A DNA stretch of 64,000 nucleotides from an uncultured Sphingobacteriales bacterium (GCA_937888905.1 CALATA010000001.1:421467-485466), one strand, 5' to 3'. Positions 18,810-27,040 are shown, numbered from the stretch's first letter. Program-made: numbers and translations. Notes: generated from the sequence alone by a model not told the origin.

Positions 18810-19744
18810 GCCAGTACTTTTTTTGTTTCGGGAATAAAAGATTCTATCAGCAATAAAAGCAACATGGCTCCGGCAAAGCACCAGTAGTAGGTGGTATAAT
18901 TCATGCGCGAAACGTCGCCGGTTACTTTGGTTTCAATCTGGCCGAGTTGTTGGGTGATGGTGTTGACGGCCTCTTCGCTGTTTTCCAATCTTACATAAAC
19001 GCCGTTGGTCAACCCTGCAATTTCTTTCAATTCGGCTTCGTTGAGTTTGGAGAGAACGGGATTGCCGGTCTCGTCGCGTTTGGGCTCGCCGGTATCCGGA
19101 TCGGGGACATAAGCGCCTTCTGCGGAACCGATACCCACGGTGTTGATCATCATACCGTAGGAGGCCAGTTCTTTGGCGGTTGACAAGGCGGCTTCGTCGT
19201 GGTCTTCCCCATCGGTGATGAGTACAACAGCTTTATAAGTTGATTCGCTGGCACCGAAAGCGGTGTTGCTCATTTTGAGGGCATCGCTGATAACGGTGCC
19301 TTGCAGCGGAATGCCATCGGGGCTGGCACTGGACACAAACAATTGAGCGGCATTGTGATCGCCGGTCAGCGGCATTTGCAGGTAAGCTTTGCCTGCAAAA
19401 ACCACGAGGCCGATGCGGTCGTCGGGAATTTTTGTGAGTAAGCGGCTGATAAACTGGCGGGCGCGTTCGAGGCGGTTAGGTGCCAGATCGGTGGCCAGCA
19501 TGCTGCGGCTGACATCGAGTGCTATTACTACATCGATGCCTTTGCGCGTCACTCCATCCGGACCGCCGGGTTTGCGGAGATTCATGACGGTTACCACGCC
19601 TGTAGCGAAGGCAAGCAGCACGAGGATGAATTTCACGAAAAATTTCCGGCGTGAGTAAGCCGCCGTCAGTCCTTTTACCAGTTCCGGATCGCCGATTTTT
19701 CTACGCACGCGTTTCTTCCACAGCAGCAGCCATGTAAACAGCAC
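18806..19744 (-). CDS. VWA domain-containing protein (BatA/BatB-like)
   Basis: 312 aa, N-terminal TM, MIDAS-containing vWFA domain (DVVIALDVSRSM...ITDGEDHDE), C-terminal TM. Confidence 0.8.
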   Translation of the reverse strand: MLFTWLLLWKKRVRRKIGDPELVKGLTAAYSRRKFFVKFILVLLAFATGVVTVMNLRKPGGPDGVTRKGIDVVIALDVSRSMLATDLAPNRLERARQFISRLLTKIPDDRIGLVVFAGKAYLQMPLTGDHNAAQLFVSSASPDGIPLQGTVISDALKMSNTAFGASESTYKAVVLITDGEDHDEAALSTAKELASYGMMINTVGIGSAEGAYVPDPDTGEPKRDETGNPVLSKLNEAELKEIAGLTNGVYVRLENSEEAVNTITQQLGQIETKVTGDVSRMNYTTYYWCFAGAMLLLLLIESFIPETKKVLA

Positions 19745-19794
19745 TGTGAGGATGAGCAGGCCACCGGCCAGCCAGATGAAATGCGGGTATTGAA

Positions 19795-19950
19795 ATTGGT
19801 ACGACAGGAGGGAGTATTAAGTTATAAGTTTTAGGTAAAAGGCGTAGGGCTTAAGGCAGAAGGTTGCTGGCAGCCGCAATCTTTACTGACTGATCACACC
19901 GTTCGCAAGTTTCTTTTGAAATTATCAAATTTTCAAATCATCAAATTGTA
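19795..19950. repeat. Copy (c) of the mosaic intergenic repeat family (C-core in inverse orientation + module A)
   Basis: 19807-19850 (ggagggagtattaagttataagttttaggtaaaaggcgtagggc) matches the reverse complement of 21992-22019 and its upstream flank. 19921-19947 equals 5936-5962. Confidence 0.4.
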
Positions 19951-19972
19951 TTGTTTGCAACGCAAACAATAC
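19921..19972 (-). terminator. Terminator of beta-lactamase gene (11-bp palindrome gtattgtttgc/aac/gcaaacaatac plus U-rich tract)
   Basis: Perfect 11-bp inverted repeat 19948-19972, about 20 nt downstream of the stop at 19993. On the minus strand it is followed by UUUGAUGAUUUGAAAAUUUGAU. Confidence 0.5.
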
Positions 19973-19992
19973 AAACTTCCCGCCAAAAAACA

Positions 19993-20835
19993 TCACATTT
20001 TCCCTTCGAAGAATCCGAGTTGCTTAAGGATGTCTTTGACCATTTTCAGTCGCACAGGTGCCATATCAAAATTATGATCGGTTGATTCTACGTTAAGCAC
20101 AAAGAAATAGGGGTGTTCATTTTCTTCTACCCAACCCACTACCCAGCCGATCGGATGACCTTGTTCGTTGAAACCCCAGCCGGTTTTATAACCCAGGCGA
20201 TAATTGGCGTTGTTCTCGAAGAGCATCGCATGTTTTACTTTTTCCTGGTAAAGTTTAAAGAAAGGCAACTGGTTAAAGTAGAGTCGTTTTACCAGGCCGA
20301 GTTGTTCGTCCGGCGTTACTTTCAGGCTGTTGTCGAGCCAGAAGGTATCAATGGCGGTATGGATGCGGAACAGCGTATCTTTTTTACCGGCACCATAGTG
20401 CAATGAATCCATCCAGCGCTGCATGTCTTTTTGTCCAATCCTGCGTGCCACTTCCTGGTAATAAGGAACAGCCGATACGCGGAAGGCATCGTACATGGTG
20501 AGGTCTTTGTTCCATTCGGCTACGGAGCGGGTAACGCCGTCCCAGGGAATGACCATGCTGTCGCCGGAGATCTTACCTGTTTGCAATCCTATCAGCGAAT
20601 TGACGATTTTAAACGTGGAGGCCGGCAGGTAAGTACTGTCGCGGTAGCGCTTCAGGTTGTAAACGGTGAACTCTCCGGTGCCGTTATTCATGAGGCCGAA
20701 GCAGCCGGTTACTTTATTTTCATCGAAATATTTTTTGAGGCTGTCATCAACGGTTACATTGTTCTGTGAGCAGGAGGCCATTATCAATACGATACCGATC
20801 AATCCTGCTAATAAACCTGGTCGTTTCAACATCAT
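19993..20835 (-). CDS. Class D (OXA-type) beta-lactamase, lipoprotein-type signal
   Basis: STFK active-site motif (PASTFKI), SxV (SAVPYY), KTG (YKTGWG), W-x-x-G (WVVGW). Start placed at MMLKRPGLLAGLIGIVLIMASC. ORF track extends to 20868. Confidence 0.8.
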   Translation of the reverse strand: MMLKRPGLLAGLIGIVLIMASCSQNNVTVDDSLKKYFDENKVTGCFGLMNNGTGEFTVYNLKRYRDSTYLPASTFKIVNSLIGLQTGKISGDSMVIPWDGVTRSVAEWNKDLTMYDAFRVSAVPYYQEVARRIGQKDMQRWMDSLHYGAGKKDTLFRIHTAIDTFWLDNSLKVTPDEQLGLVKRLYFNQLPFFKLYQEKVKHAMLFENNANYRLGYKTGWGFNEQGHPIGWVVGWVEENEHPYFFVLNVESTDHNFDMAPVRLKMVKDILKQLGFFEGKM

Positions 20836-20949
20836 ACGAGCTATATATTTGGGCAAAAATAAACCCAATGGCCGGGTTCTGGGCTTTTATATCAAAATAA
20901 GCCCGCAATTTTTGCGGATCAGGTACGTTTAAAAGCAAAACAACCCCGT

Positions 20950-21870
20950 ATGCCAACTGTTCGTTTCGCCTGCCTGCTGTTGCTTTGCGCAGCCGTAACC
21001 CTTTTTTCCTGTACTAAAGATGTTTCTAATAATAATGGAGGCCCGCGCCTGGTTTTTGTGTTTCATTTCGATTCCACACAGGCCCGTTTAAATAATGTTG
21101 GGCAGCCTTCGCCGATGCCGGCGGGCCATGCCGGGCAGCATCCGAAATTCAATACCATGAGCGCGCATTACCTTGAGCTGGCTCCCGGTCCATTGACGGC
21201 TTTGGGTGCCGGTGCCGTATTGTACCGGGCGCCGGAAACGGCGGTGGGAGGCAGCAATGCGATCGATTTTTCCAAAGCCGCTTTTGCGGGACAGAACCAG
21301 GAGTTTTATTCACTTCCGCTCAGCGAGGTTGCTCCGGGCAGTTATGAATGGCTGCGTTTGTCGCTTGCTTACCAGAACTATGATATAAAATATTATGTGG
21401 ATACCGTGATCTCGGGCATTCCCATCCAGGGCGAATTCGGCGGCACGGTGGCTTCGTTTATTGGTTTTAACACGTACATCAGCACTTATAAAATCAAACA
21501 GCAGCAATTGCAGGTAAATGGGAACCGCCGCCAGGGGTACTGGGGCTTTGAAACGGTGATCAATGTACTCGGACAGAACTACCCGCTCAGTTCGAGCGGC
21601 GAGGCGCCGGCAGGTGCCACCACTGTTGTGAATCCTTTATTTGCCACCTCGCCTGTGCCTGCGGGATCCTGTGTAGTGACGGCGGCTTTTGCTCCGGGCA
21701 AACTGGTGATCACGGGTAATGAAACGAATGATGTAAAAGTGCAGGTGTCGCTTTCGGTGAATAAAAGTTTTGAGTGGGAAGACCGGATACCGGATGGAAA
21801 ATGGCAGCCCGGCAAGCAGGAAGCGGTGGTGGATATGGGAATCAGGGGGATGGTGCCGAAGGTGCTTTGA
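20950..21870 (+). CDS. Lipoprotein of unknown function
   Basis: 306 aa, lipobox LFSC after MPTVRFACLLLLCAAVT. No recognisable catalytic motif. Confidence 0.6.
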   Translation: MPTVRFACLLLLCAAVTLFSCTKDVSNNNGGPRLVFVFHFDSTQARLNNVGQPSPMPAGHAGQHPKFNTMSAHYLELAPGPLTALGAGAVLYRAPETAVGGSNAIDFSKAAFAGQNQEFYSLPLSEVAPGSYEWLRLSLAYQNYDIKYYVDTVISGIPIQGEFGGTVASFIGFNTYISTYKIKQQQLQVNGNRRQGYWGFETVINVLGQNYPLSSSGEAPAGATTVVNPLFATSPVPAGSCVVTAAFAPGKLVITGNETNDVKVQVSLSVNKSFEWEDRIPDGKWQPGKQEAVVDMGIRGMVPKVL

Positions 21871-22020
21871 GAGGTGAATAGTGAATGGTCAATGGTGAAT
21901 GGTCAATAAAAACAGCCCTTCTTAGCGCCTTTGCCCTTAAGGTGCTCTGCGTGAAACTGCCAGACCCGGCCCCTATGCCTTACGCCTCATACCTAAAACT
22001 TACAACTTACCTCTCTCTCA
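21871..22020. repeat. Copy (d) of the mosaic intergenic repeat family (module B + body + C-core)
   Basis: Left end gaggtgaatagtgaatggtcaatggtgaatggtcaat. Right end cctaaaacttacaacttacctctctctc supplies the TAA stop and last codons of the convergent gene at 22007. Confidence 0.4.
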
Positions 22021-22528
22021 CCAATCGTCCGCGCTGGATCGCTTTCACAGAATAACTATCAACGAAAGGAATGTCCGCCGTTCCCTTGCCTGAAGTATAG
22101 GAGGGTTGTTGGGCAACCACATAGAATTCGACAACCAATTCATCATTATCCAGGTAATAATTGTTTAAAATAGTAGTGCCCTGTACGGTGAAGATGCCGG
22201 TGAAACGATTACCTATCCAGTACTGACTCAATACAATGCCATTGTTCTCATCAATTGTCCACAGACCTTTCGAAGTGTCTTTTGCAATGAGTGTATAAGG
22301 ACGGTCATCCTGCCCCGCATTTCCATAGCTCAATTGCCAGGTCCACTTATGTGCGCTGTCGGTAGGAAAAATTTTGAGTTGCGTATCTATCATCGTCGCA
22401 GTATCGGCACCGGTTTTATACCACGCGATCTTGCCTTTCCAATGGCCTTTCCATTTTCCGGGAAAATCTGATTGTGCGTTGGCGGAGAAAGCCAGCAATA
22501 AAAGTGGTAACAGAAGTTTTATGCTCAT
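22007..22528 (-). CDS. Secreted protein of unknown function
   Basis: Start at MSIKLLLPLLLLAFSANAQS (signal peptide), 173 aa. No recognisable motif. Confidence 0.55.
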   Translation of the reverse strand: MSIKLLLPLLLLAFSANAQSDFPGKWKGHWKGKIAWYKTGADTATMIDTQLKIFPTDSAHKWTWQLSYGNAGQDDRPYTLIAKDTSKGLWTIDENNGIVLSQYWIGNRFTGIFTVQGTTILNNYYLDNDELVVEFYVVAQQPSYTSGKGTADIPFVDSYSVKAIQRGRLVRER

Positions 22529-22603
22529 CCGGTTAAAATAAAAAAATCCCGGCATGTACCGGGAAAATAATTTGTCCGCTGATTTTCGCTATGCGAAATA
22601 AGA

Positions 22604-22732
22604 TCAGAGATAAATGCCGTTCTTCAGGCGGGTGTGTTTTACGCCCTGGCAGTCGCGTTTGGTGGCCGCGCAGGAAGAGAGTACAAAGGTCAATAGCACC
22701 ATCGCCGCGAGGCATGTAATAAACTTGTTCAT
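22604..22732 (-). CDS. Small lipoprotein candidate (42 aa)
   Basis: Below the ORF-track size cutoff. Translation MNKFITCLAAMVLLTFVLSSCAATKRDCQGVKHTRLKNGIYL has a clean lipoprotein signal and lipobox (LSSC). Confidence 0.3.
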   Translation of the reverse strand: MNKFITCLAAMVLLTFVLSSCAATKRDCQGVKHTRLKNGIYL

Positions 22733-22850
22733 ACTGTACGTTTAAAAAACCAATAAATTAATTCGCGGAAATTCAGAGGAAGGGATGCAATTGAGGAGAC
22801 ACGAAGATAATGCCAGAAAATTGCATTTCATAATCCTATCCGGTCATTTT

Positions 22851-24131
22851 TTACCGTACCTCGCACAGTTCATCCCAGCGTGTGGTATAGCGGGGACTGC
22901 GTTTTTCCTGTCTCATTTTCCAGTCGCGCCGGGTGCCGCTGGATGCAAACTTCAGAATATCATCGCGTTGGCTGAAGTTGATATTGTCCATCATCTCCAT
23001 CAGCCGCGGGGTGCAGTTGGTGGTTTCTTCCGCAAACAGGTTGCCCTGCCGCGAGGTATCGGGCACCAGTCCGCTCAGCAGCACACCGGCTTTTTTATAG
23101 GAATGTCCGGACTCAAAAAGTTCTTCCGCCATTTCCAATGCAGGCTTGATGAGCATTTGCGTGGCTGATGTGGGTGTAGGCAACCGCATCTGGCGCCGCA
23201 AGGTGGAACCGTGATAGAAATCCGTTAAATGATCTTCGTCTTTTTTCACCATGAATACCCCTATTTCCCCGGCAGCACTGTGTTGCCGCCGCAATTTTTC
23301 CGCGGCCCTCGATGTATAAGTGGCCAATGCTTCTTTAATAGATACCAGATCCGATACGGGATAGCCAAACATCCTTGTGGTCGCAATCATTTTTTTCTGC
23401 ACCAGTTCTTCTTTCAGTCCGATGGCCGGTTCGCCACGTAGTTCGCGGAGCAACCGTAATCCGTTTACGCCGCCCAACTGATGGTTGATCCAGGCTTCGG
23501 GTTGATGCATCAGTTCCCAACCGTTGGTGATGCCAACCTCGTAAAGTTTACGCGCATACGCACGCCCTACGCCCCAGATATTTTCCAGTCTTGTTTGCTG
23601 CAATGCTTCCTTTTGTTGCGCTGCCGTGGCCAGCACCGTTACGCAGTCCGATGCCTGTTTGTTTTTCTTGGCGAGATAATTCGCCAGTTTCGCCAGCGTT
23701 TTGGTTGGCGCTACCCCAACCGATACAGAGATGCCGGTCCATTGTTCAACCGTCCGGCGCAATTCACGTGCGGCTGCATCCAGCGCGGAAACGTGCATTT
23801 CAGGAAGATTCACAAAGGCTTCATCTACTGAATATACTTCTACCTGTTCTTCACCCGCAACATGCCGGAGCGAATCCATTACACGCATGCTCAGATCACC
23901 ATAAAGATTGTAGTTGGACGAGAACACTGCTACATCATGGGCCTGCATCAGGTCGCGCGATTCGAAGTAAGGCCCGGCCATGGGAATGCCCAATGCTTTC
24001 GCTTCATCACTGCGCGACACAATACATCCATCATTATTACTGAGCACGACTACGGGATGCTGTAAGAGCGGCGGGCGGAACAAACGTTCACAGGAGCAAT
24101 AAAAACTATTGCAATCAACGATCGCGATCAT
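22851..24131 (-). CDS. umuC: Y-family translesion DNA polymerase V catalytic subunit
   Basis: 426 aa, IMPB/MucB/SamB domain, MIAIVDCNSFYCSCERLFRP...VLSNNDGC. Confidence 0.9.
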   Translation of the reverse strand: MIAIVDCNSFYCSCERLFRPPLLQHPVVVLSNNDGCIVSRSDEAKALGIPMAGPYFESRDLMQAHDVAVFSSNYNLYGDLSMRVMDSLRHVAGEEQVEVYSVDEAFVNLPEMHVSALDAAARELRRTVEQWTGISVSVGVAPTKTLAKLANYLAKKNKQASDCVTVLATAAQQKEALQQTRLENIWGVGRAYARKLYEVGITNGWELMHQPEAWINHQLGGVNGLRLLRELRGEPAIGLKEELVQKKMIATTRMFGYPVSDLVSIKEALATYTSRAAEKLRRQHSAAGEIGVFMVKKDEDHLTDFYHGSTLRRQMRLPTPTSATQMLIKPALEMAEELFESGHSYKKAGVLLSGLVPDTSRQGNLFAEETTNCTPRLMEMMDNINFSQRDDILKFASSGTRRDWKMRQEKRSPRYTTRWDELCEVR

Positions 24132-24603
24132 GTGATTTGGTTTTGCGGTTTTGCATATAGGCCTGCAATAAACTATCGGTTACATGGATCACGCAGGTGA
24201 CGACGCCCCAACTGGCGTAGTTGCTGAACTCATCGATGGTAACCGGTTTGTGTTTTTTGTTTTCGGGAAGGAGGCGGCGCTGGTTAAATGTTTGTTCGAA
24301 CCTGCGTACGAGCAATTCGCCTTCCACTGCAGCGATAATGATGCGGCCGTTCTGCACCGGAATGCTGCGGTCCACAATCAATACATCGCCGTCATGAATA
24401 CCTGCCTCGAGCATCGCATCGCCACGCATGCGGAAAAAGAAGGTGGCGGGTTTATTCATAATAAGTTGCTCGTTGAGGTCGATACCTCTTTCCATATAGT
24501 CATCGGCGGCTGCACCAAAACCCGTGGCATTGGCGGTGCGGATATCTTGTTGTGAGAACTGTTTGGAGCCGCGGTAATCGGGCATATAAAATGAATCGTC
24601 CAT
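24115..24603 (-). CDS. umuD: UmuD-like S24 peptidase-fold protein with substituted catalytic dyad
   Basis: Aligns to E. coli UmuD over GFGAAADDYMERGIDLNEQLI...RGDAMLEAGIHDGDVLIVD...IIAAVEGELLVRRF. GDSM is replaced by GDAM and VKK by VRR. Overlaps umuC by 17 nt. Confidence 0.85.
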   Translation of the reverse strand: MDDSFYMPDYRGSKQFSQQDIRTANATGFGAAADDYMERGIDLNEQLIMNKPATFFFRMRGDAMLEAGIHDGDVLIVDRSIPVQNGRIIIAAVEGELLVRRFEQTFNQRRLLPENKKHKPVTIDEFSNYASWGVVTCVIHVTDSLLQAYMQNRKTKSHDRDR

Positions 24604-24651
24604 AAAAAAATATTAAAGGAGGTAAAAAAGCTTTTTGTAAAACTAAATTAT

Positions 24652-24669
24652 TTAGTATAAATTTACTAA
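24652..24669. promoter_or_regulatory. Perfect 6-N6-6 palindrome TTAGTA-taaatt-TACTAA in the divergent umuD / 2H-radical SAM promoter region
   Basis: Only 18-bp perfect inverted repeat in the 82-bp divergent intergenic region. 17 nt upstream of the ATG at 24686 and ~50 nt upstream of the umuD start. Confidence 0.35.
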
Positions 24670-24685
24670 AATATTGATCAGATTT

Positions 24686-25276
24686 ATGGAGACTTCTGCG
24701 CACCCTGTGATGCGATCCCAGACAGCGGAGGGTTTATACGAATATTTCCTGGTGGCGCCGCCGGATGAGGCGGTGTGCGAACGACTGGAGCGAGAAAAAG
24801 AATTGTTTTACAATCGGTACGGGCAACCAAAGCCGCGCACCGGAAAACCATTTCTAACCGTTTCAGGTTTCTGGGCGCATGATGAAATGGAAGATACCCT
24901 GATCCGCTGGCTGCAGCGTATAACGGGTGATATCAAAAGTTTCCGGTTGATGCTGAATGGTTTTGCTGCCTGCCCTCCCAAACATCTTTGTGTCGGTATC
25001 GATGAGAGTAAGGAGCTGCGGCAACTTGCGGCCGGATTACAACCGATCGATACCTATGTGCAAAGCAATGCCTGTCCGCCGGTGCGGTTTTTCAAACAAC
25101 CACATCTGCCACTGGCAGGTTCACTGCCGCAGGGCGTTTACGAACGGGTAGTAAATGATTATGCACAAAAGCCATTCGAAGCCTCGTTTTATCTGACGGA
25201 ACTTGTTTTGCTGCGTCGGCGGAAAGGATACGAGAACAACCGGCAGGTAGCGGTATTCCGGCTTCAACCTGCATAA
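24686..25276 (+). CDS. 2H phosphoesterase (LigT-like) paralog with degenerate HxT/S motifs
   Basis: Same layout as the next gene, but motif 1 is KPFLTVSG (F in place of His) and motif 2 is PHLPLAG (no Thr/Ser). ATG start at METSAHP; ORF track begins at TTG 24674. Confidence 0.55.
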   Translation: METSAHPVMRSQTAEGLYEYFLVAPPDEAVCERLEREKELFYNRYGQPKPRTGKPFLTVSGFWAHDEMEDTLIRWLQRITGDIKSFRLMLNGFAACPPKHLCVGIDESKELRQLAAGLQPIDTYVQSNACPPVRFFKQPHLPLAGSLPQGVYERVVNDYAQKPFEASFYLTELVLLRRRKGYENNRQVAVFRLQPA

Positions 25277-25295
25277 CTACTTTAACAGAACGCAT

Positions 25296-25913
25296 ATGAA
25301 AAACACGACAGTGAGGCTGCCGGGCAGCATGCAGTTGAATGAATACCTGCTGGTATTGCAGCCACCGCCCGATATCGACGGAAAAGTAAAAGCGATCCGG
25401 AATTATTTTGCCGATACCTATGATCATGGACCATCCCGTAGCGGGCGGCCGCATTTTACTTTGGTGAAATTCCGGCATCATGCCATGCAGGAAGATCGCT
25501 TGCGCAGAAAGTTTGAACGGATCGCCGGGATGCAACAGCCTTTTCTGATGGAGCTGCGTGATTATGGAAGTTTTCCTTCCCATACGATTTATATACAGGT
25601 TTCCGTCAAAGAAGCTTTCCGCGAACTGGTGAAAGAGTTGCGCACCGAAACGCAACGGATGATGAAAACGGATAAAGAAAATAAGCCGCATTTTATTCTC
25701 GAGCCTCATTTGACCATCGCGCGTAAACTCAAACCCTGGCAATATGAAAAAGGATGGCTGGAGTTTCAACAGCTTGATTTTTCAGCAAAATTTATCGCCT
25801 CCTCTTTCTGCTGGTTGCGACGGAGCGAAGAAGGCATGCCTTACCAGGTGATAGGCGATTTCAGTTTCCGTTCGCAACCTGTCGAAGCCACACAGGCTAC
25901 ATTGTTTACCTGA
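25296..25913 (+). CDS. 2H phosphoesterase superfamily protein (2'-5' RNA ligase LigT-like)
   Basis: Two canonical HxTx motifs, RPHFTLVKF and EPHLTIARKL, ~205 aa. Confidence 0.7.
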   Translation: MKNTTVRLPGSMQLNEYLLVLQPPPDIDGKVKAIRNYFADTYDHGPSRSGRPHFTLVKFRHHAMQEDRLRRKFERIAGMQQPFLMELRDYGSFPSHTIYIQVSVKEAFRELVKELRTETQRMMKTDKENKPHFILEPHLTIARKLKPWQYEKGWLEFQQLDFSAKFIASSFCWLRRSEEGMPYQVIGDFSFRSQPVEATQATLFT

Positions 25914-25936
25914 AAAGATACCGGAAAGGAGGAGTA

Positions 25937-27040
25937 ATGAAAGACAAACCCAAACAGGATCATTATAAAATAAAAGCGCAGGAAAACGAAGCGTATATGA
26001 AAGGGCGTGGTGCGCAGATCAATACGCCTAACCGTTTTCTCAGAAACGAGCATATCCGCGAGCATGTGGAAGGCATTGATGACTGGTCGGACGACAATTC
26101 CCCAACCCAGTACATCGAGCAGGAGGCACGCACATTGGTGAATAAAGTGGACAGTCCCGATGTAGGGATGGCTTACAGCATGAACCCGTATGCGGGTTGC
26201 GAACACGGTTGTATTTATTGTTATGCGCGTAATGCGCATGAATATTGGGGTTATAGTGCAGGGCTGGACTTTGAACGAAAGATCCTGGTGAAGAAAAATG
26301 CCCCCCAATTATTGCGGGCGCAATTGATGCATAAGTCCTGGGAATGTATGCCGATCATGTTAAGCGGTAACACAGATTGTTACCAGCCAGCCGAACAAAA
26401 ATACCGGTTAACGCGGAGCCTGCTAGAGGTTTGTGACGAGTTCAATCAACCCGTGGGCATTCTCACGAAGAACGCATGGATTACGCGGGACAAAGATGTG
26501 CTGAGTCGTCTCGCCTCGCGCAACCTGGTACGCGCGATGGTATCCATCACTTCTTTCAACGAAGAAGTACGCCGGGTGATGGAGCCTCGTACGACTACGG
26601 CCGTTCAGCGGCTTCGCGTGATTGAAGAGCTCAGTAACGCCGGTGTGAAAATGGGTGTAATGCTGGGTCCGATGATTCCCGGGCTCAACGATCATGAAAT
26701 GCAACGCATCATGAAATCGGCCGCCGATGCCGGCGCTACGTTTACAGCTTATACATTTATCCGGCTGAACGGTGCGATCAAATTGTTGTTTCACGATTGG
26801 TTGTACAAGAATTTCCCCGACAGGGCGGACAAAGTGTGGCACCTGATCGAGCAAAGTCACGATGGCAAGGTCAACGACAGCCGCTGGGGATTGCGGATGC
26901 GTGGTGAAGGCGCAGTGGCAGCGATGATCGCGCAGCAATACCAGAAATACGGCAAGCTGTACGGATTGAATAAAGATCGCTTTATGCTGGACACGACGAG
27001 TTTCAGAAGACCGGGCGAGCAGGGTAGGTTGTTTGATTGA
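25937..27040 (+). CDS. PA0069/SplB-like radical SAM protein (DNA repair photolyase-like family)
   Basis: CEHGCIYC CxxxCxxC radical SAM cluster motif, 367 aa. Family architecture matches the Rv2578c/PA0069 group. Confidence 0.8.
   Translation: MKDKPKQDHYKIKAQENEAYMKGRGAQINTPNRFLRNEHIREHVEGIDDWSDDNSPTQYIEQEARTLVNKVDSPDVGMAYSMNPYAGCEHGCIYCYARNAHEYWGYSAGLDFERKILVKKNAPQLLRAQLMHKSWECMPIMLSGNTDCYQPAEQKYRLTRSLLEVCDEFNQPVGILTKNAWITRDKDVLSRLASRNLVRAMVSITSFNEEVRRVMEPRTTTAVQRLRVIEELSNAGVKMGVMLGPMIPGLNDHEMQRIMKSAADAGATFTAYTFIRLNGAIKLLFHDWLYKNFPDRADKVWHLIEQSHDGKVNDSRWGLRMRGEGAVAAMIAQQYQKYGKLYGLNKDRFMLDTTSFRRPGEQGRLFD

Noticed and set aside
24617-24623. AAGGAGG Shine-Dalgarno-like sequence in the umuD/2H intergenic region (and TAAGGAGG at 30375)
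   Set aside because: They are not positioned 5-10 nt upstream of any start codon on the relevant strand, and Bacteroidota generally do not use SD pairing. Likely incidental.
24604-24685. Canonical LexA boxes (CTGT-N8-ACAG or GAAC-N4-GTTC) in the divergent SOS-like promoter region
   Set aside because: Neither motif is present. Only the TTAGTA-N6-TACTAA palindrome was found, and it is reported separately as a candidate operator.
25092-25769. 225-aa minus-strand ORF spanning both 2H-phosphoesterase genes
   Set aside because: It is antisense to plus-strand genes that carry canonical HxTx catalytic motifs. It has no recognisable motif of its own and is taken as a shadow ORF.
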